From positions 1,924,001-1,988,000 of the forward strand of contig CM075998.1 in NCBI GenBank assembly GCA_038087875.1: a stretch of DNA of 64,000 nt, in the 5' to 3' direction. The notes beneath the pieces were generated by a model that was not told the origin of the DNA, did not search any database, and saw only the letters and a program-made list of their open reading frames with translations. This DNA is from Malacoraja senta (taxonomy: Eukaryota). Positions 39,581 through 52,535 of the stretch are shown here, piece after piece. Position numbers and translations under genes: made by a program. How positions within the stretch are numbered: position 1 is the first letter of the stretch; every line of letters starts with the position of its first letter.

Positions 39581-42523
39581 AGTTTTGTTCAATGAATGGC
39601 TCCTCAGCTTTGATATAAATATATCAGATGCACCCTGGGTAAGGTCCAGGATTTGGCTGTGTACTTTCATAGCTCCAGCTTCATGGGAAACTAGGTTGAA
39701 AGACTTAGAAGTTCTCTCCAGTGTGTACATTCCACAATCTTGTGTAAAACCACAGCACTTCCCACAGATTCCTCATGAGAGTAAGTTTGCAACTTCACTA
39801 TAAATCTCACTCTGCAGGCCACCAAAGCATCTGTTATACATGTCACATCTTAAAACGAAAGCAGTGAGGAGAGCGATTTCTCCGCTGTCTTCAGACTTGC
39901 TAGAATTCTTTCTTGACTCAGCTGCTTCAGTCGCGAAGTGAATCGGTTGGCCCTAGAATGGTTCTCCAGGAGTCTGGCCTTCCCTCGCTCCTTATTTCTG
40001 CATTTAGGCTTTTGTTTCACACTTGTGTGATTTACATGAACAATTTCTGCCGCGCATCTCCTCTATGGATGTGAAGCAATTATTTGGCAACGTGCAATTG
40101 TACCTTGAGCCGGCAGAGAAAGCCACGGTCGCACAGCTGCGCACAAATTCCGCGCGCAAAGATTTGCGCAACGTTTTGCAGTAAATAAGAAATGTTGGAT
40201 ACGCAAACCTACGCTGAGTTTCTTACAAGCTGAACAAATGTTGACATTTTCAGTGTGTAGAGATGTTACCTTTGTGAATTGCCAGGCTGTTGGTTGGACA
40301 TCAAGGTTCGCTTAATTATTTTACTTTGTTGTAGGAAGACTTCGCCACGGCCAAGTTTATTTATTTATGGACTGCCGAAAATAAAGTAGAATGAAAAATT
40401 CACAGTTAAACTTGCCACGTACTGTTATCAATATGTTCACTAAGTCTCGCACACATCTGCTCTGAAAAATTTGATCTGGGGGCGAGACTAGCAAGCAAAC
40501 AGTGAGATTCCCACACTGCAAATGTAACCCGACACAAAACAGCTGCTGTATAAGAAGAAAAAAGTATGAAAGCATTACCGTCCTGCTTCATGGAAAGTAA
40601 ATTCATCGGACGGTTGAGATACCAAATCAAATATAAGGCAGGATCTGAAACTGAGGTTCCAGTATTCGGAAGAATGACAAACTTAAGATGGCTATTAAAA
40701 TAATTTTGTATTGCCTTCGATTTAGCAGTGGCTCTCGAGCAGAGTAAAGTCAAAAGGACCTGGATTTGTAATATTCACTGACACTTCTGTTGAAGAGTGT
40801 TACATTGTTGGGAGCCGGCAGCAACAAACACATGTGCAGACATCTCCATTGTCAGCTCGTGTGAATGGAGAAGATGCAATAGTGCTATCCGAAGAGTCAA
40901 ATATGCTCTTGAGTCTAAACCAGCGTTCCCACCTAAAGCCAACAAAGGCATTGGTCTCACTGCTGTTAGTGGGATCCTCCAATGCGTGACATAGCTGCCT
41001 GTGTAACATGCCGTTACCGTTGTCGATTCATGCCCAGTATTTTGTAATATGTTGAGGCTATGAAAAGGTGCGATTAGAAAAATGCAAATTGATCTTTATT
41101 CACCTGATCACAAACTAACTGCAAGGCACCCGAACACACTGTTGAGTGTGAATAAATAAGCATGTGCGTTTGCAGAGCATATTTGGGTGGCCTCAAGGAC
41201 TACCGGACAAACCCGTCAATGCTGTACTGTTGTATTTATTCAGCAATAAGTGCCCATAACACTGATGTCAGCATCACCACTAGTTGACATTTATGTATCG
41301 GGCTCGCTGGCTGTTTGCCTGTGAATATAATTGCACAGCTGTACAAAAAATAAAAAAGACTAGTAAAAGACCAATTACATTTTTTGAATCCAAAAGCAGT
41401 TTTTTGTTTTTTTTTGGTCAGGTTGGGTCATCTTTGCATAAAAATGGTACTTTCATAAATAAGTAGTTTAGTTTGTCATGTGGACTGAAGTACAGTGAAA
41501 AGCATTTTTGTTGTGTGCTATACATTCCGTGAAAAGTCTATACATGATTTATGATATCAAGCCGTCCGCAGTGTACAGATACAGGATTAAGGGAATAACG
41601 TTTAGTGCAAGGTAGAGTGGAGAAGGGACAGAGAGGAAGTTACCAGGATGAGACTCGTCCTTGATTGTGCTAGTGGCATAATAAAATGAAAGATAGCGGA
41701 GTCAAAGGATATGGGGAGAAGGCAGGAACAGGGTACTGATTGGGGATGATCAGCCATGATCACAGTGAAGGGCCGAATGGCCTACTCCTGCACCTATTGT
41801 CTATAAAATTAAATATTGCAGGTGCTGAAAATCTACAGTAAGGATCAGACTAATGCTGGAATCCCTAGCAGGTCGGGTATTATGCACGGAGGGCCAGTCA
41901 GATGGAAACTTTGATAGTAACATTTCCTTAAGACTGATTTAAAAAAAAAAAAAAAGATTTAGGAGAGGGAATTTGTTTCACTGCCGCCTTTTACCTGAAG
42001 GAAGAGGTGGAGTTATTAGTATTGTGTGACTGATTTGTTTTCGAGTACACATCCAAAGACTCTTTAAATGTATTGAGGGTTTCTGCTGCTTTAATCAGAG
42101 TTATACAGCGTGGAAACAGGCCCTTCAGTCCAACTTTCCCATGCCGACCAACACTAGTCCCACCTGCCTGCGGTTGGTCCATATCCCTTGAAACCTTTTT
42201 GTGCAGTGCACTTCAGAACCAACCATGCTCTGGGCAAAAACTTTTTTCCCCCTCATCTCCCCTCTAGCACAGCTACTTATGAGGGTATGCAAAGTATTTC
42301 TAGGATTGAGTGGGGGGGGAATTTAGGGTATTTAGGATCAAAGAGAAAAGAGAGAGGTGTTTGGGCAGGAAACCGTAGTTGGGCATTTAAGGGCCGGCAT
42401 GTTGTGGACAGCTGGTAAATGTGGGCGGGCCTCTTGTTTGGATGTCCAGTGGATAAGTTATCTCAAGACTTTTTCCTAAATATTAATTGCTCTGATTTTT
42501 CCAATATATGTTGTGTTTTATAG

Positions 42524-42738
42524 TGTCTCATCCCAGGAACAATTACTCTGCCAGATCAAGGTGTGGCTCTGTGTCATCCATGTCTGTAACAACCCGGAGC
42601 GATGCATCTGCACCAACTACTCCTGACTGTGCAACAGACCCTTCCTTTACTAAGCCAGGAAAGAAGAGCCAGTCTTCAGGAGATGTTTCCACTGCCACAA
42701 CAAACTCTGGAAACCGAACTTTCCAATCAAACCGATCG
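42524..42738 (+). CDS. SPATS2: SPATS2 coding exon
   Basis: atag|TG...TCG|gtatg; (V)SHPRNNYSARSRCGSVSSMSV...FQSNRS; 215 nt, phase 1 to 0. Confidence 0.93.
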
Positions 42739-43661
42739 GTATGTGCTGCTGGTGTCGTCTTCCAATGTGTTTTTTAACCCCCACCCCACTCCCCTCCCAT
42801 CCCGTCGAACCGATTCCACCATCAAAGAAAATTTAGTTTAACGTATTTCTATAGATTTTAATTAGTGCACGACTGAATAAAAATCACTTGTGAGTCAATG
42901 GGTAAATTGATGTGTGGTTGTCAGCTCTTGATTTAGTAATTAGCGCATTATCTGTAAGTACAAAATCAAGGAATGTTAAAAGGACTCTATTTCAAACCAC
43001 CAAGACCTACAAAACACAGACTTGGGTAATATCAATTTATTGTTCATGTAGATTATTTATGATAACCAATAATCAGCTGGGAGAATATTCAGATACATTC
43101 GACCAACCTCACTAATAAAATCGAGGTTCTGGATTAAAAGCAAAACAGGCCCAAAAGGTTTGTTGGATTGAAATTTAAAAGCACTTTATTTTACGCAGCC
43201 ATTAATTTCTGGTATACCACGAAAGCACTTCAGCATTTATACACATTGAAGACTTCATAAATGCACGTTATTGTTTTCTTTGGGTTTACAGCATAGGCAG
43301 CTTGTTGAAGAACAGCAGGTTAGTGGACTTCATTCCAGGATTGGAAGTGTATCTTGAAGTTTTACATGGATAAGGAATAACCATGTGGAGTTCACCTGGT
43401 ATAAGTGGAATCTCGAGGTTATAATCTTTTAACTACACTGAATCCAAAAACCCTGTTGTCGATTACTGCTTCCCATCCCAATGCAATCTGGGGTCCAGAC
43501 TTGCTGAAAGTGCATTTCACATTTGGCTAGACATACTATCCAAGGATGTATCTGGGCAGAATTGAATGTGAGAGTAAAAACAAAAGGAGATTCCAGTGGG
43601 GCTATTAGAAAGAATAAAATATGAAGTGTCTCTATTAATTGAGGTGTTTTCCCTTAACTAG

Positions 43662-43973
43662 GTGCCCCATGGTAACAGGAGATTGGGTTATCGATCTCGA
43701 GAGAATGGGATAAGTGGCCAAAACCATTTTGGAAGAAATGATGATAGGAATCGGTACCGCAATGGACCCAGGAATTACTCCAAAACTCCCTGCAACCCTC
43801 ATCCCACACCTCAGAGCTTTACCACTGAGAAGACCCAAGTGCATTCTACTGCTCCCAATGGCACAGCTACAGCTTCTGCCTCCAGGCAGCCCTCTTTACT
43901 TTCTGCTCCTGCTAATGCCCTTCCTCAACGTAGGCCAAGATCAGATGGAAATGAAGCTCCTGTCAACTCCTGA
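43662..43973 (+). CDS. SPATS2: SPATS2 last coding exon with stop
   Basis: ctag|GTG; VPHGNRR...ALPQRRPRSDGNEAPVNS-TGA, similar to the human end LPQRKPRTSQTEAVNS. Confidence 0.92.
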   Translation: MPHGNRRLGYRSRENGISGQNHFGRNDDRNRYRNGPRNYSKTPCNPHPTPQSFTTEKTQVHSTAPNGTATASASRQPSLLSAPANALPQRRPRSDGNEAPVNS

Positions 43974-46120
43974 AAAATTCTGACATCCAGCAACAACAAG
44001 GCCATCCAGCTAGATGTGATTAAGCCCCAAAATGAGTTTACATTCACTTTGTTTTTGCCACCTTTGATTTGTCTAATGACCTTTTTTAAATTTCTGGATT
44101 AACCTTTCCAAATGTTCTTTCTTTTTTTAATTGATAGTGTCTCTATGTTGTTAATCTCTTCTGGAAGAGGGAGCAGCACTTAGCTGTACCCAAGATACGT
44201 TCTTTAAACGTTGTTGCTTAATCTGTCATGGCTAAATCAGTTAGCAGAAATCACTATGCACCTCTCTGTTCAGAATGAAAGTGCCTTGGATCTTTAATAT
44301 GTCACAACCACTTAGTTTTTTTTAGACTACACTTAGAAAATAAAATAAGGGACCAAAGAACTTCAAACTTTGCTGCCATTGGGTCTACTGGAGATTGCTG
44401 ATGAGTTGTAGCAGGGCACGTGATTGTTTTATCATAATTTCTGATAATGGCCATGTATTTGGATAGAACTGTTTAGTGAACATTCTCAACTGTGCTGGAG
44501 ACAACATGCCACAGGATGCCAGAGCAGCATTGCTTCCTCTTCACATCAGGATCCACTCTTGACTATAGACAGATGTAAACTGATTTCCATTCACAGTGAC
44601 GTTGTAGTCAAAAGCTGAATTCTGAGCCACGAAGCAGAGTGTGGCACAATGAGGGAACTACCACCTTTTGGGGACAGTTCCAGCCATGACTTTAAATTAT
44701 TATCCTGCAAGTGTGGTGTAGATGTGAAGCCAAACATACTTTCCACGGCTATTGAAAATGTGTGAACACATAAGAATGATAGAAAGTTTTAGTTGTATCT
44801 GTGCTGTTGAATTAACTTGTATTGGCTGCATGGTGTTTCTGTATAGGAATAGACATTCACTGAATAGAGTAAACCCACTTTTGCCACTGTGCATCCGAAG
44901 TGATCCACAATTTCCTTCCAAAGTGTACTGTCAAGGTAGCAGGAGTGTGGTGCTGCTAAATGTTTAACACACAACCTTTGGAGAATAATCTGCTGCAGGT
45001 CTTAACATGCCCTTGATCCACTAAGTCCCGGGAGGGGAATCTGATCACAGGTGACATCATCTCAACAGAGGTTTTAATTCCAAACTCTATTACCCAAAAA
45101 GAACAAATTGGAAAAATCTGTAAGCAACCTTGTGAATGGATGGACTTGGAGCATGCACTAATCATATTTCATCTGTAGAATTTTTGTTCTGCTTTAAAAA
45201 AATAAAAAACTTATTCTCAAACACAAAAACACACAAAAACAAATTCTCTCAAACACACAAATTCTGGCTTGATCACTATGATCTGCTTCATTTTAGTCAT
45301 GAATGGTGATTAGGACTGTGCCCATTGTATGCCTGTAATGCTGATTCTATAATTGAGGTTGTAAAATGAAGTGCACAGATCAACTAGAGCCTTTTAAATC
45401 AAGAACTATGTTAAAATGCAGTATCTTCCAAATTGAGTTGGTGTCTTTTTTTTCTTCAGACTAGTAATGCTGATTTTTGAATATTGACAGTTTTTATGTT
45501 TTCAAATTTAGTTTGTATCAAATGCTCCCAGCCTTTGCTTTGTATACTTTTCTGTTGTTCAGATCATTACAAAAAAAATGATGAGAGGCTAGACAGCCTT
45601 TCAGGTTCATAGATAAACCACTTAGATTACTCCTTAAGCCTTGGTGCCAACCCCATATCCCTTTCATTCTCCAAAGAATCAAGTATCATTTATTTTGCTG
45701 AAAATGTCATCCATGTTCACTTTTAGTGCCCTGGGTGGAAGCTATTGTGAAGTGTGAATCAGCTCGCTGAAGTGTGATTATTGTGATTAACCCCTCCATT
45801 TGATGTTGAGGCAAGGGATCATGTCACAGATTCAATGGGAACATTTTGTTTCTGATATTTCAGCAATGTAATGTTGTTAGCCCAGGACCTGACCAATAAT
45901 TGAAAGATAAGTTGGTGCTCGGTGGGAATAATTAAAATGAAACTGATTCCAATTTGCATGTTTGAATTTGAATCTTCCAATTGATGGCATGCTGGTACAT
46001 TATGGCTGCATTTCAGGCAGCAGAATTGCTGCTCCCTCTTAGTGCCAGTCTCTTTTTGACGTATGTCATGTATTTAAAATTTAGTTGATGAATAAAGAAG
46101 CTGTATTCTAAACTATCGTT
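43974..46120 (+). other. SPATS2: Probable SPATS2 3' UTR with candidate polyA signals
   Basis: Stretch after the stop with no recognisable interspersed repeats; AATAAA at 44339, 45201 and 46091; the last is followed by GT/T-rich sequence. Confidence 0.55.
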
Positions 46121-47511
46121 ATACAACTGTGGTTCTTTCCTCCTCAATATTCAATACCAGTCTCGGAGCTGGGGAGAGGGAACTTGAGGTGACTTGTTAA
46201 TCTGTTATGTCATTCACTGTCATGTTGAATGCAATTTAATGGAGAGAAGTGATGAAATTTGGATGAATCAATAAACCAAATTAAACTGGATTTTTACTTG
46301 TAGCCTTCCCCCTTGCCAGATGTGGAGGACCCCACAAGGTGACCCATGCTGCCCCCATATGCTGGGAAATAAGAGGGGCCTCGGCAGTATCAGCCTCGGG
46401 CAGTGTATCCTGAGAACACTGGTGGCCTTTGACAGGAGCCACAGTTGGGACACAACCTCCCCTCCTGTTACAGCTTTTCATAAGAATCTTCAAATGTCTT
46501 GTATTTGAGGACATTTAACCCAATTGCTTTCATTTTTAAAAGTGAACATTAAAACAATCTTTCAATCAATTAAAACAATGAGTTAAATAAATAAATGATG
46601 AGATTACCTTGCTCGTTGCTGAGAATTCTCATTCAAATCTACGGTTAGAGCCTCCTTTCCCAGATCTGGCTGTTGCAGTTCTGGGACTTGTGTACTTGAC
46701 AGAGGCTGAGCCAAGCTACCTTGATTCACCTCACTATGAACTATATGATACAATTATGAGAGGCACAATGTGTACCTTGTGGGGTTCAGTCTTTAGGTAG
46801 TTTTAGTTGACAATGTTTTTTTAAAGTATCCTTTACTTTGTACATGGAAGCGTAGAGTACAAAAGCAAGGATGTTATGCTGATCTTCGACAAAAAATATC
46901 GCTGGTTCAGTCGGTGTCAGCCAGAGTGGAGTCCGATTTGGTGCATAGACACAAAATGTTAGAGTAACTCAGTGGGACAGGCAGCATCTCTGGATAGAAG
47001 GAATAGGTGATGTTTCAGATCGAGACCCTTCTCTCAACCCGAAAAGTCACCCATTCCTTCTATCCAGAGATGCTGCCTGTCCTGCTGAGTTACTCCAGCA
47101 TTTTGTCTCTATGATGTAAACAAGCACCTGCAGTTCCTTCCCACCAATTTGGTGCATATCATTTAGGAAGGATGTCAGGACCTTGAAGTGACTATCAGAA
47201 GAGAATGTTATGACGATATTCATTTCTTGATTCCTTTACTTTCCACTTGTTAAATCTGGAGTAGAAAAATATGGTTACTTTGCATTGCAGAGTATGAACT
47301 CCATTACCAAGACTGAATTAGGAAACATTTTGGGCTTCAGACATGGGCAAGAACCACTGAAGGATGGAATTTACCAAACAATGCCAATCAATGAAAAAAC
47401 TGGGGTATATCTACCTTTGAAAAATTGGTTGTGGAGTGGTTGACAAACCTATTCTTGAATTTATTTTTGAACAATAATGTACATTTGAAATCCAGGCACT
47501 AAAGTAACATT

Positions 47512-47902
47512 GCGGGACAGACCGTATCTCTGGAGAGAAGGAATGGGTGACGTTTCGAGTCGAGACCCTTCATCAGACTGGTTAGGGATAAGGGAAACGA
47601 GAGATATAGAGGGTGATGTGGAGAGATAAAGAACAATGAATGAAAGATATGCAAAACAGTAACGATGATAAAGGAAACAGGCCATTGTTAGTTGTTTGTA
47701 GGGTGAAAATGAGAAGCTGGTGCGACTTGGGTGGGGGAGAGAGAGGGAGAGGGAATGTTGGGGCTACCTGAAGTGAGAGAAATCAATATTCATGCCAGTG
47801 GGCTCATCTTTCACTTGGGCAGCTTACAGCCCAGTGGTATGAATATTGATTTCTCTCACTTCAAGTTGCCCCGGCATTCCCCCTCTCTCTCTCTGCACAC
47901 TG
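47512..47902 (-). mobile_element. Penelope-like 3' fragment with inverted endonuclease-tail segment
   Basis: Minus-strand pseudo-LTR joined to plus-strand LIFHLGSLQPSGMNIDFSHFK; TSD AAAGTAACATT at 47501-47511 and 47903-47913. Confidence 0.8.
47545..47580 (-). ncRNA. Minimal type I hammerhead ribozyme motif with canonical core
   Basis: Minus strand reads CAGU-CUGAUGA-A-[GGGU CUCG ACUC]-GAAAC-GUC-ACCC. Confidence 0.7.
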
Positions 47903-48734
47903 AAAGTAACATTTCCTGCTTTACCATTTACCCAAGAGAATGGTTAACATTTCCAGCACTGGAGACGGTGCTTAGTTGAGACCTCCTGCCCTGAAGGCAT
48001 CAACGTTTGAATCTGATCTTTCTCACATAGTAATTGAGCAGAACATGCAAAGCATTTATTAGATAAATCTTTACTATTTATTGATGGTGCTTAGTCAATT
48101 CTCTGCTGTTACACTTTATCTCTTCATCACTACGAAGCGATCTCTGCTTTGAAGGTACACAAAAATGCTGGAGAAACTCAGCGGGTGCAGCAGCATCTAT
48201 GGAGCGAAGGAAATAGGCAACGTTTCGGGCCGAAACCCTTCTTCATGTTGAAGAAGATCTCTGCTTTGAGTTGGGTTGTGATTCTAGAATCCAATTTTGG
48301 AGGCTTGAATGGGGCTCGATAACTGAGAAGCTTATACCTTAAGATGTATTTTATGGTAAAAAAATAAAGTAGACAACAGGAGAGCTGAGGAAACAATCTG
48401 CGCCGATGTGGAATGTTTGAAGAGCTTCAAAAAGTGACTTGCTGGTTCATGTAAACATACATTGAATGGGTTAACGCAGCAGGGAGGCAAAGCATAGTCT
48501 AGAGTGCAGAAAGGGCACATGTGCAGTTTGAACTTTAGCCCACGATGGACTATAAGATGCAGGATAAACATAATTGCAAAACTGCTTATAAAGCAGTTAA
48601 ACGAGCAGCAGGTGATCAGTTGAACCATCTCATTGGGCAGCGGTTGTGGATGTCCATGATAAATGTGTCAAAGGCTGGTTGCCCTCTCATATGGAGCATA
48701 GAGCTGTATTTTCTGTATAAAAGTTGAAGATTAA

Positions 48735-49200
48735 TTTCCCTCGGCCTGGTCTCGGGGGAGTGTTTGCTGCTGAGTTTAGCTGCAGGTGCGAACCACCGGG
48801 CAACGTTCCATTTCCAACCGCCCGCCCGCCGGCCCTGAGCTCACGCGCGCCGCCCACTCGCGGGAATCCCCGCCCCCCTCCCCAGGCGCCGCCGCCTTCA
48901 CGACCAAACACCAGCTCGCGCTGGCTTTACAAACGGCAGGTAGACACGAAATGCTGGAGTAACTCGGCGGGACAGGTAGCATCACTGGACAGAAGTTTCG
49001 GGTCGAGACCCTTTTGCAGCCAGACTGCCAAACTGCAGGCATGTGGCTGCAAGTTGTACCTCGCCCACCACCGGTTAATAAGCCATTAACTCGCCTATCA
49101 CTGAGGTAATCGCCCACAATGGCAGAACTGGGGACGCGCTGTATTAATATATGTAAATCGCGAATAACGACGGTCAGTCATACAGCGTGGCAACGGGCTC
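48735..49200. promoter_or_regulatory. Intergenic CpG/GC-rich island
   Basis: Dense CpG with GC-box-like motifs (CCCGCCCGCC, CCCCGCCCCC) at about 48800-48925 in otherwise CpG-poor DNA. Confidence 0.55.
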
Positions 49201-50585
49201 TTCAGCCCAACTTGACCAAGTTGCCCCATCTAGTCCCACCTGCCTCCGTTTGGCCCATATCCCTCTCAACCTGTCCCATCACTACACCTGTCTAAATGTT
49301 TCTTCAACGTTGTGATCGACCCTGCCTCAACTTTCTCCGGCAGCTCGTCCCATACACCCTGTGTGAAAATGTTCTGGCTTCTGGCAAGTATTACGTGTAT
49401 TTCTACAGAGCAGGTTTAGTCATGCTTCATTAGCTGAGGAGTTGTGCTCGCGTTGTACATTGTGCAACTTTCAGGAAACATCTGCACTTTTGCTATTTGG
49501 GTGGAAGGAAGGTATTTGATGAAGCAGATGCAGATGAAGATGGTTAGGCCGAGGGCACTACCCCGAGGAGCGTCAGATGCCCACCGATCCTCACACACTT
49601 ACACTATCCTACACAGACTAGGGACAATTTTACATTTATACCAAGCTAATTAACCTACAAACCTAAACATCTTTGGGATGTGGGGGGGAACCAGAGCACC
49701 CAGAGAAAACCCACGCTGTCACAGGGAGAACGTACAAACTCCGTACAGACAGCAACCGTTGTCAGGATCGAACCCGGGTCTCTGGCGCTGGAAGGCAGCA
49801 ACTCTATCGCTGCGCCACCGTGTTGCCCTAAATGCCAACTCTGGTGGGACAGTACTGCCATCCATTCCCTGATCTCACACGGACTGAATGAAGTTGGCTC
49901 TGTGGTGGTAGGGATCTTAGGAGGATAATGTGGCAGCACTGTGGAACTTCATTTGAGCCCATTATGATCAGGACCCATAGGTATTGGGAGAATAAATCTT
50001 TATTCATATCAACAATTTGGATGTGATTCAGGGTTAGTAAGTTTGCAGGTGACACTAATATTGTTAGTATAGTGGACAGTGAAGAACATTATCCAAGACT
50101 TTTGATCAATGGGGCGAGGAATGGCAAATGGAGTTTAATTCTGATAAATGAGGGCTTTGCCTTTTGGTAAGACAAACTAGGGCAGGACTTGCACAGTAAA
50201 TGGTCAGCCTCTGGGGATTGTTGTAGAACAGAGACACCTCAGGGTTGAAGATACATAGTCCCATGAAAGTGACAACACGAGTAAACAAGGTGGCAAGGGA
50301 GGCATTTGGGATGCTTGCCTTCATCAGTCAGGGTGTTGAGTACAAGGGTTAGGATGTCATGTTACAGGTGTAAAAAACCCATAGGTATGGCCAATTACTA
50401 AGTACTGTACACAGTTCTGGCCGCCCTGCAACAGGAAGGGTGTCATTTCAATGGAAAGGATGCTAAAAAGATTTGAGGATGTTACTGGATCTGGAGGTTT
50501 GAACTGCAAGGATAGGCTGGGTCTTTTTTCCCCTGGAGAGTAGAAGGCTAAGGGGTGATCTGACATGGGTGTATAAAATCATGAT

Positions 50586-51076
50586 TTTCCCAGACTGATT
50601 CCTGGGATGTCAGGACTGTCTTATGAAGAAAGACTGGATAGACTTGGTTTATACTCTCTAGAATTTAGGAGATTGAAAGGGGATCTTATAGAAACTTACA
50701 AAATTCTTAAGGGGTTGGACAGGCTAGATGCAGGAAGATTGCTCCCGATGTTGGGGAAGTCCAGGACAAGGGGTCACAGCTTAAGGATAAGGGGGAAATC
50801 CTTTAAAACCGAGATGAGAAGAACTTTTTTCACACAGAGAGTGGTGAATCTCTGGAACTCTCTGCCACAGTGGGTAGTCGAGGCCAGTTCATTGGCTATA
50901 TTTAAGAGGGAGTTAGATGTGGCCCTTGTGGCTAAAGGGATCAGAGGGTATGGAGAGAAGGAAGGTACGGGATACTGAGTTGGATGATCAGCCATGATCA
51001 TATTGAGTGGCGGTGCAGGCTCGAAGGGCCGAATGGCCTACTCCTGCACCTAATTTCTATGTTTCTATGTTTCTAT
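50586..51076 (+). mobile_element. Younger CR1 3' end nested in an older CR1 (about 49995-51370)
   Basis: ORF 50607..50978; the flanks rejoin as GTGTATAAAATCATGA/GGGGCATGGATA of a degenerate CR1. Confidence 0.85.
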
Positions 51077-51984
51077 GAGGGGCATGGATACAGTCTTTTA
51101 CTCAGTAAGGGAGCCCGAGAGATGAAAAACATTTTAAATGATTCTTAGGGGCATTTTCTTTTCACCACACACACATGCTGTGTGTATGGAACAAGCTGCC
51201 AGATGCAGTGGGAGAGTTGGCTACAATAACAATATTTCTAAGGCATTTAGATAGGTACATGGATAGGTTTGGAGGGATATGGGTTAGGCACAGGCAAGTG
51301 AGTCTAGCTAATTTAGGCAATGTGGTCAGCATAGATGAGTTGGGCCAAAAGGCCCATTTCCATGCTGCAGAGCCGACTCTGACCTTCTACTCAGTCATTC
51401 TGGCTGAACATACAAATTGTTCACATGCTGGCCCCACCCTCACTCCATGTCCTGTTAACTGTTTCATTGTCTATCACTATTCACTACAAGATATGGCAGC
51501 TCTGGATAACTTAATTTAAGCTCGTTCTAATCAGGACCCATAGGCATTGGGTCAGGCGATACCTCGTCCATATTCATCCGAGCCTCAACAGTGCCAATCG
51601 CCTATTCAATCACAGAAAGCAGCATGACTTCGCCCAAAATAAAAACGGAAAATGGCGAATCTACTCAGCAGGTCAGGCAGTACGAGTGCAGAGAAGAACA
51701 GTTAACATTTCAGGTTGATGACATTTCATCAGATCTGGGAAAGCTGGTGATCTGAATTTGTTGAATTCAACATCAAGTCCTGAGGGCTATAAACATGGAA
51801 CAGCACCACCTGCAGCTTCTTCTATAAGCCACACAAAATTCCATCAAAATCTTAAAGTGACAATTCAGGTCAGGACCCTTGTTCCTCGGAAGAAAACGTT
51901 GCCTGTCCATTTCCTCCACGGATGCTGCCTGACCCGCCGAGTTACACCAGCACTTTGTGTTTTGCTCACGATACCAGCATCCGC

Positions 51985-52535
51985 GTACAGTTTTGGTCTC
52001 CTAATCTGAAGAAAGACATTCTTGCCATAGAGAAGGTTGTACAGAGAAGGTTCACCAGACTGATTCCTGGGATGTCAGGACTTTCATATGAAGAAAGACT
52101 GGATAGACTCGGTTTGTACTCGCTAGAATTTAGAAGATTGAGGGGGGATCTTATAGAAACGTACAAAATTCTTAAGGGGTTGGACAGGCTAGATGCAGGA
52201 AGATTGTTCCCGATGTTGGGGAAGTCCAGAACAAGGGGTCACAGTTTAAGGATAAGGGGGAAATCTTTTAGGACCAAGATGAGGAAAACATTTTTCACAC
52301 AGAGAGTGGTGAATCTCTGGAATTCTCTGCCACAGAAGGTAGTTGAGGCCAGTTCATTGGCTATAATTTAAGAGGGAGTTAGATGTGGCCCTTGTGGCTA
52401 AAGGGATCAGGGGGTATGGAGAGAAAGCAGGTACAGGATACTGAGTTGGATGATCAGCCATGATCATATTGAATGGCGGTGCAGGCTCTAAGGGCCGAAT
52501 GGCCTACTCCTGCACCTATTTTCTATGTTTCTATC
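51985..52535 (+). mobile_element. CR1 LINE 3' end, same subfamily as the 50586 copy
   Basis: ORF 51922..52371 VQFWSPNLKKDILAIEKV...TRGHSLRIRGK. Confidence 0.9.

Noticed and set aside
40727..40990. Stop-poor intronic stretch with an open plus-strand frame of about 88 codons after a TAGCAG acceptor
   Set aside because: Splicing from the upstream phase-1 SPATS2 exon enters a different frame that stops after about 18 codons, and there is no recognisable homology.
46283..46497. Alternative minus-strand frame with CPNCGSC and an in-frame TGA, hinting at a selenoprotein
   Set aside because: The same frame also has a TAA, no SECIS element was recognised, and there is no homology.
48687..49117. Pro/Gly/Arg-rich ORFs on both strands
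   Set aside because: These are expected from high GC content and they run into a repeat; no homology is recognisable.
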